Shown piece after piece: positions 28,201 to 41,987 of a DNA stretch of 64,000 nucleotides (positions are counted from its first letter, which is position 1; each line of letters opens with the position of its first letter). The stretch lies in contig OZ176053.1 of NCBI GenBank assembly GCA_964247055.1, positions 8,556,001 through 8,620,000 of the forward strand, written 5' to 3'. Both the position numbers and the translations under genes were made by a program. Origin of the DNA: Paragordius varius (Eukaryota > Animalia > Nematomorpha). The notes beneath the pieces were generated by a model that was not told the origin of the DNA, searched no databases, and saw only the letters and a program-made list of their open reading frames with translations.

Positions 28201-31200
28201 TGAAGTTGCCTTAATAGGATCAAGTATTTCGTCATCCCTGACGAACATTAATTCAAGCTTTGTTTGGATTATGCAGAGTTGGACCTTCTACGATATAAAA
28301 ACATGGAAATTCAAATATATTTCCGCATTTTTGAACGCAATACCCAAGGTTTATATTTTTCTTTAATTTTTAATCAAATTTTGTTTTTCTTTTTATACAT
28401 AGTGCAAATAATATATTTTAACAATTCAATTAATTAAAAAAATATTTTTTAGAATTAATCATTGAGAAATATATTTTTTACGATATAGGGAAAACTGATC
28501 ATTCTGGATTTAGCCGGTGCCATGTTACCATTATATAAATTAACAAATAACTTTTATGGCCATACTTTTATATGGTGTGTTTTGCATAACTTCGGAGGTA
28601 CGAACGGAATGCAAGGAAACTTAGCAAAAATTGTTAGGGTAATAATGATTATTATAACAACCATTGACATTAAAATAAGATAGTTTGAACAAAATATCTC
28701 TGAACCCTTTGTAATTTTTTTAAAAAATTAAAAGTGTTTGTGCGCAGTTTACCGACTTTTTCTATTTTAGTATTCTGGAATATATATATTAAGGTAAATG
28801 GGGTTTCATACAGAAATAAACACTTGTCACTGTAGATAAGACGCCGCCCTGACGTAACCCCACACTCACCATGCAGGGATCAGTTACCCCGTGATTTGTG
28901 GAAACCATAGCAGTCGAATTTGAGAAAATTGAGAACATGTTAATTAAATGAGTTGAAATTTCTAGCTGTTTTAAGTAAATAAATGATTATGTTAATGGAA
29001 TCAAAAGCCTTGGAAAATCCATAAAGCACATATGGATTTCTAAATCAAATTCTATGTGTTTCTCCATTATCCATCTCATATTGGCTATCATATCTCTATA
29101 TCCTCGCCCTTTTCGAAAACCAGCCTGAGTAATTGATATTTTTGGTTCTAAAATGGATTGAAGGCGTTTTTGAATAATTTTTAAGAAGATTTTAGATTTG
29201 ATATGTTAGAGTTATTGTTCTATAATTTTCCATATTTCGGGATGATTACCTTTTTTAGAATAGGTATCAGAATAGATTTACCCCAATCCTTAGGAATTTT
29301 TTCCGAGTAAAAGATTTTTTGAAAAAAATTGTGGAGGATATCCAGTGGATTTTTATGATTTCAGAGGACACATCATTGTGAGCCTCTTCCAGTGGTTAAA
29401 TGTTTTACAGACCGTTCCACTTCTTCTAGCATAGGAGGATCTTTTTCTTGGGTGCTTTCATTAAAAATTTTAGTGGTTTTTGTTTCATAGAGGTTGGATA
29501 TGTGATCGTGCCAAATTTCTAATATTTTGGCCTAATCCGTGACAAGATAATTATCAGCGTTTCTCATGGGGCCGCGGTAATTATAATTTTTATTTTGTTT
29601 TATCTGTTTTGTTTGGGCAAAAGTTTTGATTTGGCTTCGGTTTCTAGCTCTTCACAAAATTTATTATAGTGATTGTTTTTATCCGTCCTTGTGCTGTTTT
29701 GAAAATTGCTGTTTAAAATTTTGTATTCACTCCAATTCCCTTTGACTTTTGCTAATCTGCGTTCTTTAGCTATGGCAAGATTATTTGCTGATAGTTTAAT
29801 TTTATGTGGATGGTTTGTAAGGCGATATAAATTCATCGGCAAAATGTCAAAAATATGGGCTACATATTAATCTTTCTAAAACAAAGATAATACAAATTAA
29901 CCTGAAAGTTGCAAACGCTTCAATAATTGTTAGCGGGAATTCTATTAAAACAGTCAAAAGTCACACATATCTCGGGAGCTAAATACGTGGTGATAATTGT
30001 ACTCCCGAGATAAAACGAAGGGTAGCTATGGCCAAAACGGCCGCAAATAATTATAACAAAATTTGGGCATCCCATGATGTCTGCTTAAAAACGAAAATTT
30101 CACTTACAAATGCAATCGTTTTTCCAACTTTCCTCTACGGGTGTGAAGGTTGGACTTTAAAAGATTCCTACGGATAATAAACTCCTTTGAACTCTGGATG
30201 TGGAGAAAACTCTTACAAATAAAATGGACGGATAAAATAACTAATAATGCAATTTTGAAAATCGATTCCAATATGTGATTGCTTGGAATGTCTATCGGCA
30301 CCAAACTATCCTACTATGGCCACATTATGAGATCTAATTCACTGGAAAAATACTTGATGTTGGAAAAAGTTAGCTGTACACGAAAAAGGGGCTGAAGAAG
30401 TAAAGACGGATGGACAATATTCAACAAGAAACCCATGCAACCTTGGCAGACCTCGCATTAAAACTAAAAAGTGCAATTTATGGAGAAGTTCACAATCGAC
30501 CCCGATTGTAGCAATACACACACACTGTAGATAGGAGTAATATGCTTTTAATTATGGATATTTCCCCATGTTATTCGCCACACTGTATGTTAAAAGTTTC
30601 CATTTTGTAAATATTTTCATTTTATTAATTAAATACTTTTCCCCTTTTTTATATGGATTACATATTGGGGTGTTTTTATTTCACAAAAATTGGTAAAAAA
30701 TTATTATTCTAGATTATATATTATTATCATATTATTTCTACTACTATAATTGACAAAAAGTTTCAATTTAGTTTAATGAGAGTTTATAATTTGGATATAT
30801 ACCATTTGAAAAACAGCTAATTTTAAAATAATATAATTAGCGAAGACTGATCAAATATGAGCAACATCATTTAGAATTAACCATATTTTATTGCCAATTT
30901 TTTAGCGATTTCACAAAATTTTAAATGGCGGTGAGAGTTTGAGATCGATTATTGTATTTTCCATTTTAAAAAAATATTTTATGTATAATGCACCTAAAAG
31001 GCCATAGAATACATATTTTTAGATTTTCATGGAGACTTATTAAATTATTTATATTTTATGCTGGTCAGAACCCAAAAGTTTAATAACTATGCTTTGTTTC
31101 ATAGGGTTTCGAAGATGTATCAAAAGTTCACAATTGCATTGGGATTGGATCATCTATGGAAGGCATCAATCAAAACGATGTAGTTTATGCATTAGTTAAT

Positions 31201-34022
31201 GATCTTAGGTGGAAACCAAACTTAAATTTAACAGAATGGTATGGATAGTTTGAGAGATTAAATGTAAATTATCGAATAATCGCAAAAAATCTTATACCAA
31301 GGGTCAAAAATGCCTAATTTTAATAAAATATAAATACTAATTTCATAATACTGTGATGTAAAATTTAAAAATGATCTAAGCCAAATATTTCCCACAACCC
31401 CGATCATTTTTCCATTCTAATATATTTTAATGCGTATCCCCTCTAAAATATTATTTGTAAAAATGGATAATTTTAAACAACCATTTGAACGAATTGGCAT
31501 GTATTAAAATGATGATGCTTGTTTATATAAGAATTAGTTTTTATTTAAAGAATATTGCTTTAATATTTTGGTCTTTAGTAGCCATAAATTATAGTTGACG
31601 CTTTATTTTTGTCACATTTATTAGGATTGTGGATTATAGCAAGCGAAGATATGGTTTTCCAAATAACACACAGCTAACATCTGTTTGGTTAAATTTATTG
31701 GTAAGGCAAATTATATATCAAAAACCTATTTATTTTAACTTTTGCAAAAATATATATGCATATAAATAACTAGCTCTTTTATTATAATATATTCTTTGCA
31801 GAACTAGCTTATTATTTTAACATGCAGTGTTCAGGGTCGGAATATAAATTTAATTAAGATAGAGATCCCTATAATAACCCTTAACTTTTTGTTTTAACAT
31901 TTAAATAAACCGTCAAATAGTTATATAATTAAAATATATCGAGTATTGAAGAATCATATCTCCATAAGGTTATATTTCAAGCTAACCAAATAGTAACTAT
32001 GGTTAACACTTGTCATTATGCAGCATTTTATATTTATATTGGTTAAACAAACCTTTATAGAAAAAAGGATGATGTTGATAATTCAGGAATCAAAAACATA
32101 ATTAAGATTTTTGTCGATTCATGTCACATCGAAAAAAATTGTGAACTACGCCATATTTTTTTAAGAATTACTCTTGAAAAATCATTTTTATTTTCAGTAC
32201 TTACCATCTCCAACTGGTCGAGAATGGTAGCCATTATGTTATGTGTACATATTATTCAATGTTAATCGGTATAATATAAACTAACAGGGATATTCTATCG
32301 GGTAGCCAAAACTTTAAATTTTCTTAGTTTAATGGAATTACTGCGAATTTTCACATCACTTAGTTTCGACAATCCAAAATTATTATTTTTATTATGATTT
32401 TGTATACCAATTTTATTACTTTATTTTGTTAAACATATGCCATATCAATGAATGTTTAGTGTTAGATTATTTGCCAATAATACTTAACGAATTAAGGACA
32501 ATAATATTTAATGAAAACAATCTTTGTAAACTAGGGCTTAATTCAACCTCCAATTATCTTAATAGCTCTTAATGCCTTATTCAAAATATATTTTAATTTC
32601 GAGCATAATTTTATTGTATGTAGGACACTGTATATTCTCATCAAAATGGCTTAAAGTTGCGATCAAATAAACATCCATTCCCTGGACATGGAAATTATCT
32701 TATAACCCAAATGCCTTCGCTCACTTTAGATTTCGATTTGGTAGTTTTTTAATTAATTAGCCTTCACAGTGGCCTGTTTATGAAAAAAATAAAATATAAT
32801 TATAAAAATAGATTTATTTTTTGGGGTGATTGATGAATTAGCCCTGTTTCAATTTTTTATTTAATATGGCATCTGAAATATAAAGCATATAAGGTTTAAA
32901 AACCGTAAAACAAAATTCATAATCATAAAAATACTAAATAAAAAAGCTTATATAACCCTCACCACAAGCTATATTTATTAAATGTACATTTTTTTTCATT
33001 ACAATACCTATATCGGGTTAGTATTTAATATATAGAATTGATTTGTTACTTGTATAATTTTATTTTATAGATTCCGTACAATAAAACTTTATTCGATCAA
33101 ACAAGATATATTATAAATGATTTTTACTGGAATCATAAGATACCACGCATCCCCAAGACATTTTTGTATATATATTATTTTTTTCTAAGGGTTTATTTTG
33201 GTATAAAAATTATTATATTGTGGATACAATAACAATTTTTGATTTTCGATTTAAGTTATTTAAAATGTCAAAAAATTAATTTCGTTACAATTTAAAGATA
33301 TGATTTGGCAGACATTGAACGACAATGGTATCAAAATAAATTCAATTCCATATATCAAATGATCAAAATGGCTTACAAAAAGAAGGCTATCAAAGATTTG
33401 CAGTATTTAAGTAGTTTATATGATGGTAAAGGATAACATTTATTTAATTATAAACCAATATTTAAGGTATATTAGATTCAAAATGGAAGTATTTTTTATT
33501 CAAATGGATCAAACATTGGATAAGCACCAAAATTTCCGCCTAAGTAGTTGGTTAAAACAGGCTCAATCAAACGCACGTCCTAAACAATTGAAAGATGTAT
33601 TTTATCATAACGCTTTATCGCAAATATCGTCTTGGGATGTCAACAAAAATGTACGTACAAACAAAATTGTTTTAAGTATAATGCCTTTTTTTGTTTTTAT
33701 AATATTGTCATTTTAGTAGTAAAATAATTGGCAAACAAAACGCCAACTAATCAAATCTAATTGAGGTGCCAAAATTTTGTTTTTTTAAGTCGCAGTTTTT
33801 TTTATACCAAAACAATTTTAGAATGAGCTTATGGATTACGCAGCTAAACAATGGAAAGGTATGTTCTCCTGCTATTATGGGGCTAGGTGGTTAATGTTTA
33901 TAGATTGGTTAACCACGCACATTAACGGAGGAATGAACCAAACAGAATATGAGAACCAAGTTTGGAAACAAATTCAAATCCCTTTTGCGTACAATAAAAC
34001 TTATTTGCAATCATGTATGTAA
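25243..34022 (+). CDS. NAGLU: alpha-N-acetylglucosaminidase (GH89), multi-exon; last exon unresolved
   Basis: Signal-peptide-like start MNIVLLFTIVSVGYCS. Motifs [49 protein letters not shown], DSFNE (acid/base Glu), WIMQSW, FIWCVLHNFGG, GSSMEGINQN (nucleophile Glu), RYDLADIERQ, DYAAKQWKGMFSCYYGARW. Exons approx 25243-25368, 25394-25569, 25593-25740, 27282-27573, 27891-28060, 28192-28348, 28489-28638, 31105-31238, 31625-31700, 33298-33650 (split), 33822-34014. Confidence 0.93.
28828..30533. mobile_element. 5'-inverted, decayed RTE-clade LINE with 11-bp target-site duplication, in a NAGLU intron
   Basis: Minus strand approx 29850-28839 encodes the EN-RT linker and RT motifs (AGFRKGRG, MCFMDF.KAFD, GLRQGGVLS). 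Plus strand approx 29900-30522 encodes the C-terminus (YLGS, EIKRRVAMAK, FLYGCEGWTL, FELWMWRKLL, YYGHIMR) and ends in (CA)n. CACTGTAGATA occurs at 28828-28838 and 30523-30533. Confidence 0.9.
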
Positions 34023-34417
34023 CTACTGAACTTAATATTGTATACATTGTACTACCTACCATAAATCAATAAAAATTGAAATCAATATCATTTAAGATTT
34101 ACATTAAACAAACATTGGGGAAAAGGTATGTATTGATTATGTACCATAAACTGGTTTATTCCAGTACATGCTTAAAGCAATAAAATATATTGTGTATGGT
34201 TTGGTTAAAATTTATTAGAATATGTAGTATACATTATGTTGTTAAAATGTTAAGAATTAGGAATATGTACAAAATTAAAGAATGGTGCTTGCTATATTAC
34301 ATTAAATGGTAGAATAGATTATTTTGAGAGACAGAGTATAGAATTTTGTGTTTGAATTAAAAATTTTTTGGACAAAACAATTGATTGATTATTATTGGAC
34401 CAGTGGGATTAAAATCT

Positions 34418-34801
34418 TCATTTTTTCCCAGCTTTACCGCCTAATAAATCATAGGTAAAAATATAAGAATGTATGTTTGTTTAATTGAAAATTTACGACA
34501 ATATTGTAAAAAAACTATTATACCTTTAGCTGCACCCTTGGCAGCGGCTCCCTCTTTGGGTTTATCCCCACCAGCGGCGGTGGCTTTAGCGGCAGAACCA
34601 GCGGCGGCACCTTTGCTTGCTAAAATAAATCCAAGAAAAATTATAATAAAACAAAATTAACGTAGGAAAAAATTTTAGTCAAAGAGCCATTTTATTATCT
34701 TTATAGATTAAATTGGAAATTAAAATCATTTATACCATTAAAAACCATATATCCTATAATACGAAAGATAAAAATTAAAACAACTTACAATCTTTCGTCA
34801 T
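34418..34801 (-). CDS. small Ala/Gly/Lys-rich peptide, 43 aa
   Basis: Exons 34801-34789, 34619-34524 and 34440-34418 (both introns phase 1, donors GTAAG and GTATA) give MTKDSSKGAAAGSAAKATAAGGDKPKEGAAAKGAAKGGKAGKK*. It is a GC-rich island in an AT-rich background. Confidence 0.65.
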
Positions 34802-37371
34802 TTGGATGTGATTTGTTGAAGTTGAAAAAGTAAGAGGTTTAGAATAGGCGATAAAAGTTTAAAATAATAGAAATGAGACTGTGTATGCGCGTTCGTTCTT
34901 TTATATATTCATATAAATAACCAAGATCAGGTTAATATGTCATGTGATTTTAATTGTTTATATATTTTTTTTCGTTATCATTTTTTTAACTATAAAGCTT
35001 TATTGCGTTTATTTACAACATTTATATGTAAATTTATATTCTTTAGTAATAGGTACTTTTTGTTATAATCTATTGGCTGATGAAACTCAATTAGCACATG
35101 TAATAGTAAACCGCCTAAAACTTAACCTAAAAGTATATATTACATAAAGAGGTAAATTATAGTCCAATAGAAATTTACTGGACTTTTTGTTTTTCTCAAA
35201 ATATTAGATTAGGAGATTAAAATAAATTTAAATTAAATATATATATTTTCCGAAAAAATATTAATTTTAGTCTGCTAAAATATATTGGGTAAAACCTTTA
35301 AAAAAGGATTTTGGTCACGCTTCTTTATATATCCCATGGTTAATGGTCCATACAATATTCCACCATAATATGAACTGGCTTTGTAAAAAAAACTCACTAC
35401 ATGAATCATGATTTGATGTGTCCCACCTGAAGGCAAATTAAATAGCATTGAACCTTGGGCTGGACTTAACCCTATAAAAATAGCCCTTTAAACTTTTTGA
35501 AAATTAATTTGGTATAATCTAATTCTTAAAATATAACCATGATTGACTTTTTTTATTAGCTTCTCGTCTCTTCCGTCTGTTATATTTAATATTAATCATA
35601 TTAAATTCAGATTCAATTAAAGATATTTGTTACAATGTGTCGCACAGAGTCGAGCCATTTTTTTGGATTACTTTTTCTAAGCCTATCCGTGCAATATTAC
35701 AATTTCTTTGAAAAACTAAATTATTAAAATAATTTTAGAGAAAATGTATTTAAACACATGGATATATAAATGCTAGAAAGTCCTATTTTATGGGCTAAGA
35801 TGAAGTTGAGTCCTTTTTTATTTACTCATCTCTGTAAACCCTATATAAAATTTTCATATAATTTGAGAGTTTGATTGGGAAACTGGACGGTAATGACATG
35901 TATTTGTGTTGTTTATGTTAAATAATAAATTAGGTATCCAAAATAATACACAGTGGGAAAATCACATAAAATAATAGATAATTAACTAAGATATTGGCTA
36001 TTAAAAAAGGCTTAAACTATCAATGTATTTTTTAAGTTAGTTTTTGGCAAAAAATAATTAGAACGTAATGTTAAAATTATCGTTTCGATTTAATCACCAC
36101 GACGCTAGACAAAGCACAACTATCCATATATATGTTTGGTTTAGTATTTAAGTCATTAAGGTTGTATTGGAAATTTTTTGCCTTTATTCAAAGTTATTTG
36201 TTCACGTGCAAAATGGGTACGATTGTTAAGAGAGGAATTAATTAAAAACTAATTCAAGTTTTAAGAATTCATTCCTGAACCATTCTCATACATCGCTACG
36301 ATTCCAACTTTTTGACATGCAATCGCACTTTTCGACGATCATTTTATTCATCTAATACCCTGATTCGGGCTAATTTCTGAAAACCCGATTCGGTTCCACA
36401 TTTTTTTTCGACCGGTTTAGCCCTGCTATATATAAAAATCATGGTGCAACATCGAGTTTTTGCATTCTAAATTCTAACATAGAATTCAGTATCGTTTTTA
36501 GGGTTTTAATTCATTATCAAATTCATTCATAGTTATTAATACCAACCCAAACACTGACCATGTTATATAACACTGGTCAAAAAAATAATTTAGTATCCAT
36601 TAATAATGAAGTGATTTTTAAGACACATATTGTTTTAATTTTTACATTGAATATTAGAATTTGTTGCTAATTATAAATACTGTAACAACAATTCTGAGAC
36701 TAAATTTTAAGAATAACTAAAAACTAACTTCACAATATCCTTGATTTTTTTAATTTGCAATAAAAATTCTAATTAATGATCAAATTGCCATATTTGTCAA
36801 ATATGAGTAGCATCACATTTAGTTTCTGAACATGTAAATTCATTAAAACTCTAAATGTGCGGTGAAGTTAGTTTTTTGAAAGTAAGTGACATAAATGAAT
36901 AGATGTAGTTTGTGAAAACGTTAAAACTTTGTTTTCATAAGTTTATCATTTATTTTGATGCAAAACAGAAACGCACCGGTTTAATAATATTTACGTTAGA
37001 TGTACTTGATATTATTTATAGAGAAATATTCAGTATAACAAAAATTTTCAATCAAGTATGACGCGGATCGCATATTTGTTTATATTTTAGGATGATTGGT
37101 TAACTATTATGCCTTTTATATAATTAACTCTATATGATTATCTTTTTTATAAAATTAAATTTGTGGGATAGTAGGTCAGAGGCTAGAGGTGGGGGTTGTT
37201 TTAATAGGTTACAAAAAATAACGGAAGTAAATAGATTTCTGCAGTTAAAATACAGTGTATTATTTAAAAATAAACACTTGTGATAAAATTGGATAGTTGC
37301 TTATAAAAAATACACCTGAAACCATTCTTATTTCAAATAATGTTAAGAAAAAAAAAACAAAACGATTTTTC

Positions 37372-37374
<3 letters not shown>

Positions 37375-37433
<59 letters not shown>
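37375..37433. repeat. (TA)n microsatellite (others at approx 1611-1651, 6871-6896, 13491-13532, 18240-18277); G24 run at 37487-37510
   Basis: Directly visible simple repeats. Confidence 0.95.
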
Positions 37434-37434
<1 letters not shown>

Positions 37435-39730
37435 TAGCCTAAATCTCGTGCTGCTACGCAGCCCGAGGAAGTCCTTCAGACTTCTTGGGGGGGGGGGGGG
37501 GGGGGGGGGGCTATTTGAAAAAAGGGATCAATAAAATGATCTATATATGTGGATTAATTCGAAACATTATTTAATAGCTATGATCTCATAGGATTTTCTA
37601 AACGGTGCATTCATACTTATATATTGTTTACTGGTATAGAGGCCCCAAATTGACGGCTAACTGAAAAAACCGCTATACTATATATTTACTTTTTAATGGG
37701 TAATATTTAAAGCCTTTATTGAACTCGTATGGCTTCTTTAGTTTTTTGAAAATTAGCTCCAATGCCACACCATTTTTGTGTGGCGTCTCAGTTTTAAACC
37801 GGTAGACCCCTACCCATAGGCCTATATGGAAAAAGCGCAAGTTAAATTTTTTGCCTTTATAGGGAAAATATTTGGAAAAATCTTTGAGACCATCGTCTCA
37901 TGGATTTGAAAAAATACCTCAACACTAAATAATCCTTATATGTCGTATTTTTAGGGCATAAAGGCCCCAAATTAACGGTTAATAAAAAAGCCTGACCTTA
38001 GTTTTTACCTAGTTACGGGTAATGTTTCGAACTTTAAATGAGCTCATATGGCATAATTTTAAATTAGTTCCAAAATAATGCAATTTCTATATAGTGGCAC
38101 AGTTTTTGGCGGGTAGCTTCTTACCCTGAGGCAGGTTTAAAAAGCGTCGGGCAAAATTTTTGTCTTTATATGGGGATCATCTGGAATCATAATGTCCATA
38201 TGTTCATATAAGTTCTTGGAAATATTGCTTCATAACCAAAAAATTGTTCTATGGCGGCGATTATTGAGAGCGTGAAACTTTTCTTAGCGATTCATCGAAA
38301 TAACCCCTACACTAAAAAATCTGTTTTTTTAAGTGGTAATTTTAGGCCCTTGAACTCACATAGTCTCATAAGTTTTCTGAAATTCCAAAGGCATGCTGTA
38401 CCGATATAGTCACGCATTTTACGCGGGTAGCCCCCTACCTAGAGCCTATTTAACCGCTAATTTAAACCCGCTCGACTTAAATTTTTGCCTTTTTACGGGC
38501 AATATTTTAGGCCTTTATAAAACTTATATGGCCTGATTTCTGAAAATTAACTCCTAAACAACGCAATTTTGATATGGTGGCGCAGTTAGGCGGGTAGCTC
38601 CCTACCTAGAGGCCAATATAAAAAAGACGTTGGATAATATATTTTGCCTTTATTTGGGAACCTGGAATCACATTCCATATGCTCTTAAGAGTTTATGGGA
38701 GAATGGCTTCAAAACTAAATAATAGTTCAATGATAGCGCGTTTTTTAGGGTGTAAAGGGCCTATTTAACCGCTAATTTAAAAAAACCACTCGACTTAAAT
38801 TTTGCCTTTTTACGGGTAATATTTCAGGCCCTTATAAAACTTATATGGCCTGATAAAATTAAAATTAACTCATATACAACACAATTTTGATATGGTGGCG
38901 CAGTTGTAGGCGGGTAGCTCCCTACCCAGAAGCTGATACAAAAAATCGCTTGATTAAAATGCCTTTTTACGGAGATTGATTCCATATGTCCTCATTAGTT
39001 TTCGGAAAAATTGCCTCAAAATTAAAAAATTTTCGATGGTGGCGCATTTTTCTAGGCGTGAAGAGACTAATTAACGGCTAATTTTAAAAAAACCGCATGA
39101 TCTAAATATTTGCCTTGTTACGGGTAATATTTTAAGCAGTTATTAAACTCATATGGCTTGATAGGTTTTCTAAAATTTAGCCCCAAAAGGACGCTATTAC
39201 GATATGACGGGTCAGTTTTTCGCGGGTAGCTCCTTACCCAGCAGCTATCATCAAAGAAACGCAAGATTAAAATTTTTGCCTTTTAACAGGGAATATGGAA
39301 TCCTTATTGAATTTCTACGGTCTCATACCTTGCACGAAAAATAGATTCAAAAAATTATTTTTGTGGACTTAATTTTTTTGAAAAAAATGGCATTTTAAGG
39401 GGGGAGTGGGTAAAAAAGGGCCTAAATTAAAAAAGTGAGCCAACTATGTTCGGCGCAATCGAAAATAAGTAAAAAAATAATATTGGAAATCGAATAGTCC
39501 AATAGGTTTTCCGGAAAATTGTCTCAAAGACACCATTTTTGTGGACTTTTGTTTTATAGAATACCCGTTTTTTTACACGGGGTGGGCCCGAACTAGGGAC
39601 CTAATTTAAAAAAAGGGCGAAACTATTGTCGGGGTGATGTTATATTTTTTCGATATTTGGATTTGAATGGGTCTACTGGTTTTCCGGAAACAGATCACAA
39701 ATCCAACATTTTCCATTTTTATAAAATAGA
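37434..39730 (-). mobile_element. non-autonomous Helitron with internal tandem array
   Basis: On the minus strand: A|TCTATTTTATAAAA 5' end at 39730; GC-rich hairpin at 37467-37445; 7-nt spacer; CTAG|T 3' end at 37437-37434. Insertion is between A and T, next to a (TA)n tract. Confidence 0.8.
37620..39400. repeat. degenerate tandem array, approx 310-320 bp period (one approx 165 bp step)
   Basis: Core GCGGGTAGCTCCCTACC-like motif recurs near 37800, 38110, 38424, 38591, 38911 and 39222, with AAATTTTGCCTTTTTACGGG and AACTCATATGGC sub-motifs. Confidence 0.85.
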
Positions 39731-41987
39731 TATGCCTCTAATGAAAACTCATTAACTATATTAAATCTTAAAATATTTAAAATGTTTGGTCGTACATTCT
39801 GATTTTATTTAATTATGTTGGTAAAGATGTAAGACACTTTCTGTTATTTTCTGTCCTAATATTTAATATATAAATATACTCAGCCTACTTCCTTTAGGCT
39901 TTAATAAAATATTCTGAAATGTATCAAGATTATCATGGTGGTTTTGAGCTTTTACTACAAGTAATTTGAGAAAATTATTTAAACTTTTGTGGTAAGGGTT
40001 CCACATCAAAAAAAGAAAAGCCGCGCATATTTTATTAAATAACTTTTTTTAAGTAAAATTTAAATGCTTCATTCCAAAAATATCATTAAAATATATCATT
40101 ACAAAATTTTAATTTTAGATTTAATGCTCTACTAAATTTTTTGCACCTCTAACATGGGCTAGTTTTAAAACAAAAGCAAAAATCCGAGATTGCGCGATAA
40201 ATATTTCAAATATATACTAAATTTTGATATCACCTAAAATTATTTTTAATTAATTTTAGGTGATATCAAAATTTATAAAAATATGCATACTTTTTTCAAA
40301 AATTTAATTTTAACAAAATTTTACTAAAAGCGTACTTCAGCTCTATGGAAACTTTAAGATATTATTCACTTTTTCTATTAAATTTGATGATGCTGACATT
40401 TCTCACACTTCAGAATATTGATTAAAATATTCGGTCATCTCCAATATGTTAAACTAAAATTGCATAAATTTGTAAGCAAATAAACCTTTAAATAAAAGAT
40501 CTGAGGTGATAGAAGTATTTCGCCTCATCAAAATAGAAAAAGTGTTTTTATAATTAGAGTTTTTTTACATTTCCACCTCAAAATAGTTTGAAGTATGCTT
40601 CAACAAATTTGCTATAAATAAATTTTTTTAACAAATTTTCCATTTTTATACAATTTTTTTGATGTCTTTTTTGCGTTTATTTTAAATTTAGCCCATTTTA
40701 GAAGAGCAGAAAATTTTGGAACTTTCGGAGCCCACATCTAAATTATTTTAAAAATATTGTTTTGCTTTTTATATGTAGTTAATAATATTTTTTGGAATGA
40801 AGCATTCAGCTTTCAAAAGGTTTAAATGTCCTCAAATTTTGTTATTTTCTGATATTGAGCACTTATCACAAAGGTGTTAATAACTTTCTTAAATCACTCG
40901 TAAGCGCCAAAGTTGAAAGCCACAATAATCCTGATATTTCCTATTTCATCAGATAAATTAAATAATAATTTTTCATTTTATATCGTTGGTTAAAAGTGGT
41001 ATAAAATGATTATTTTGAATCCATTTTCTGCAGGGGTAAACTATTAGAACTAAACAATAGCCACATTTTTACTATAGCAATGGTTTTCTATAATGTGCTC
41101 AAATCGTAAAAGGCTTCATAAATAACCTTAATAAAAATAATTAAACAGTCTTTAAAAAGAGAAAGAGTAATAACAAAAATTATCAATTATAGTGGTGAGA
41201 TAATATTTTCCCTTTATCATATTAGTAACTTTATTATAATTTTTCCGAAAAAAAGTAGGTTATAATTATATCAATTTTTTAGATAATTATTAAAAATATA
41301 CAGATCATGATCAAAATATTTAAATTAGAGCGTATATTAACATACCATCAACCGTAGAAAGCCCCTTTTAATCTAAATATTAGGCAATTTTTAGGTAGGT
41401 AAAATTTTTTACTGAAGCCAGGTTCGACCGATAACGTATTAGACTTTGTTTGGTTAATCTCCTAAAAAATTTATTTTTGCGCGAAAACACTAATAGTATT
41501 AATTAATGTGTAAACTCTTTTTTATTGAGATCGTAATTAATAAAGCGGACGATAGAGCACCCAAACATATTAATAAGAGTATGATTGATTGTAAAACTTC
41601 TATTTCACATCGGTACTTATATAGTCGTATTTTATATCTTTAATCAATTTATGCAAAAAAATATTTGTACAACATATATATATATTTTTAAATGCGGCCA
41701 CCAGATGCAATCTGAGCAACGATGCTGTATATGTGTGTTGGAAAAGGTTATCATCAGGTTGTTGTTTCTCCAGCAATAGCTAGTTTCCATGTTTTTTAAA
41801 GATGAGTTTGGATTCCGCAAAATTTTATTTTTACCAAACATATTAGGATGTGGCATAGTTTTTTTCAGTAAGGGTTTAAAAATCTCAATTTCTCATACAA
41901 AATTCTTAATAATTCTTTATTTAAACTTTGTGAATTTTTTATAATAAACATGATTATTGATTACACACGATATTTAACAATTCCGTA

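Noticed and set aside
36270-36360. Minus-strand KMIVEKCDCM resembling a TGF-beta C-terminus
   Set aside because: No upstream cystine-knot exons or usable splice context, and it is adjacent to a MITE-like segment.
37620-39400. CRISPR-like array
   Set aside because: Eukaryotic context; units are long degenerate tandem copies without unique spacers or cas genes.
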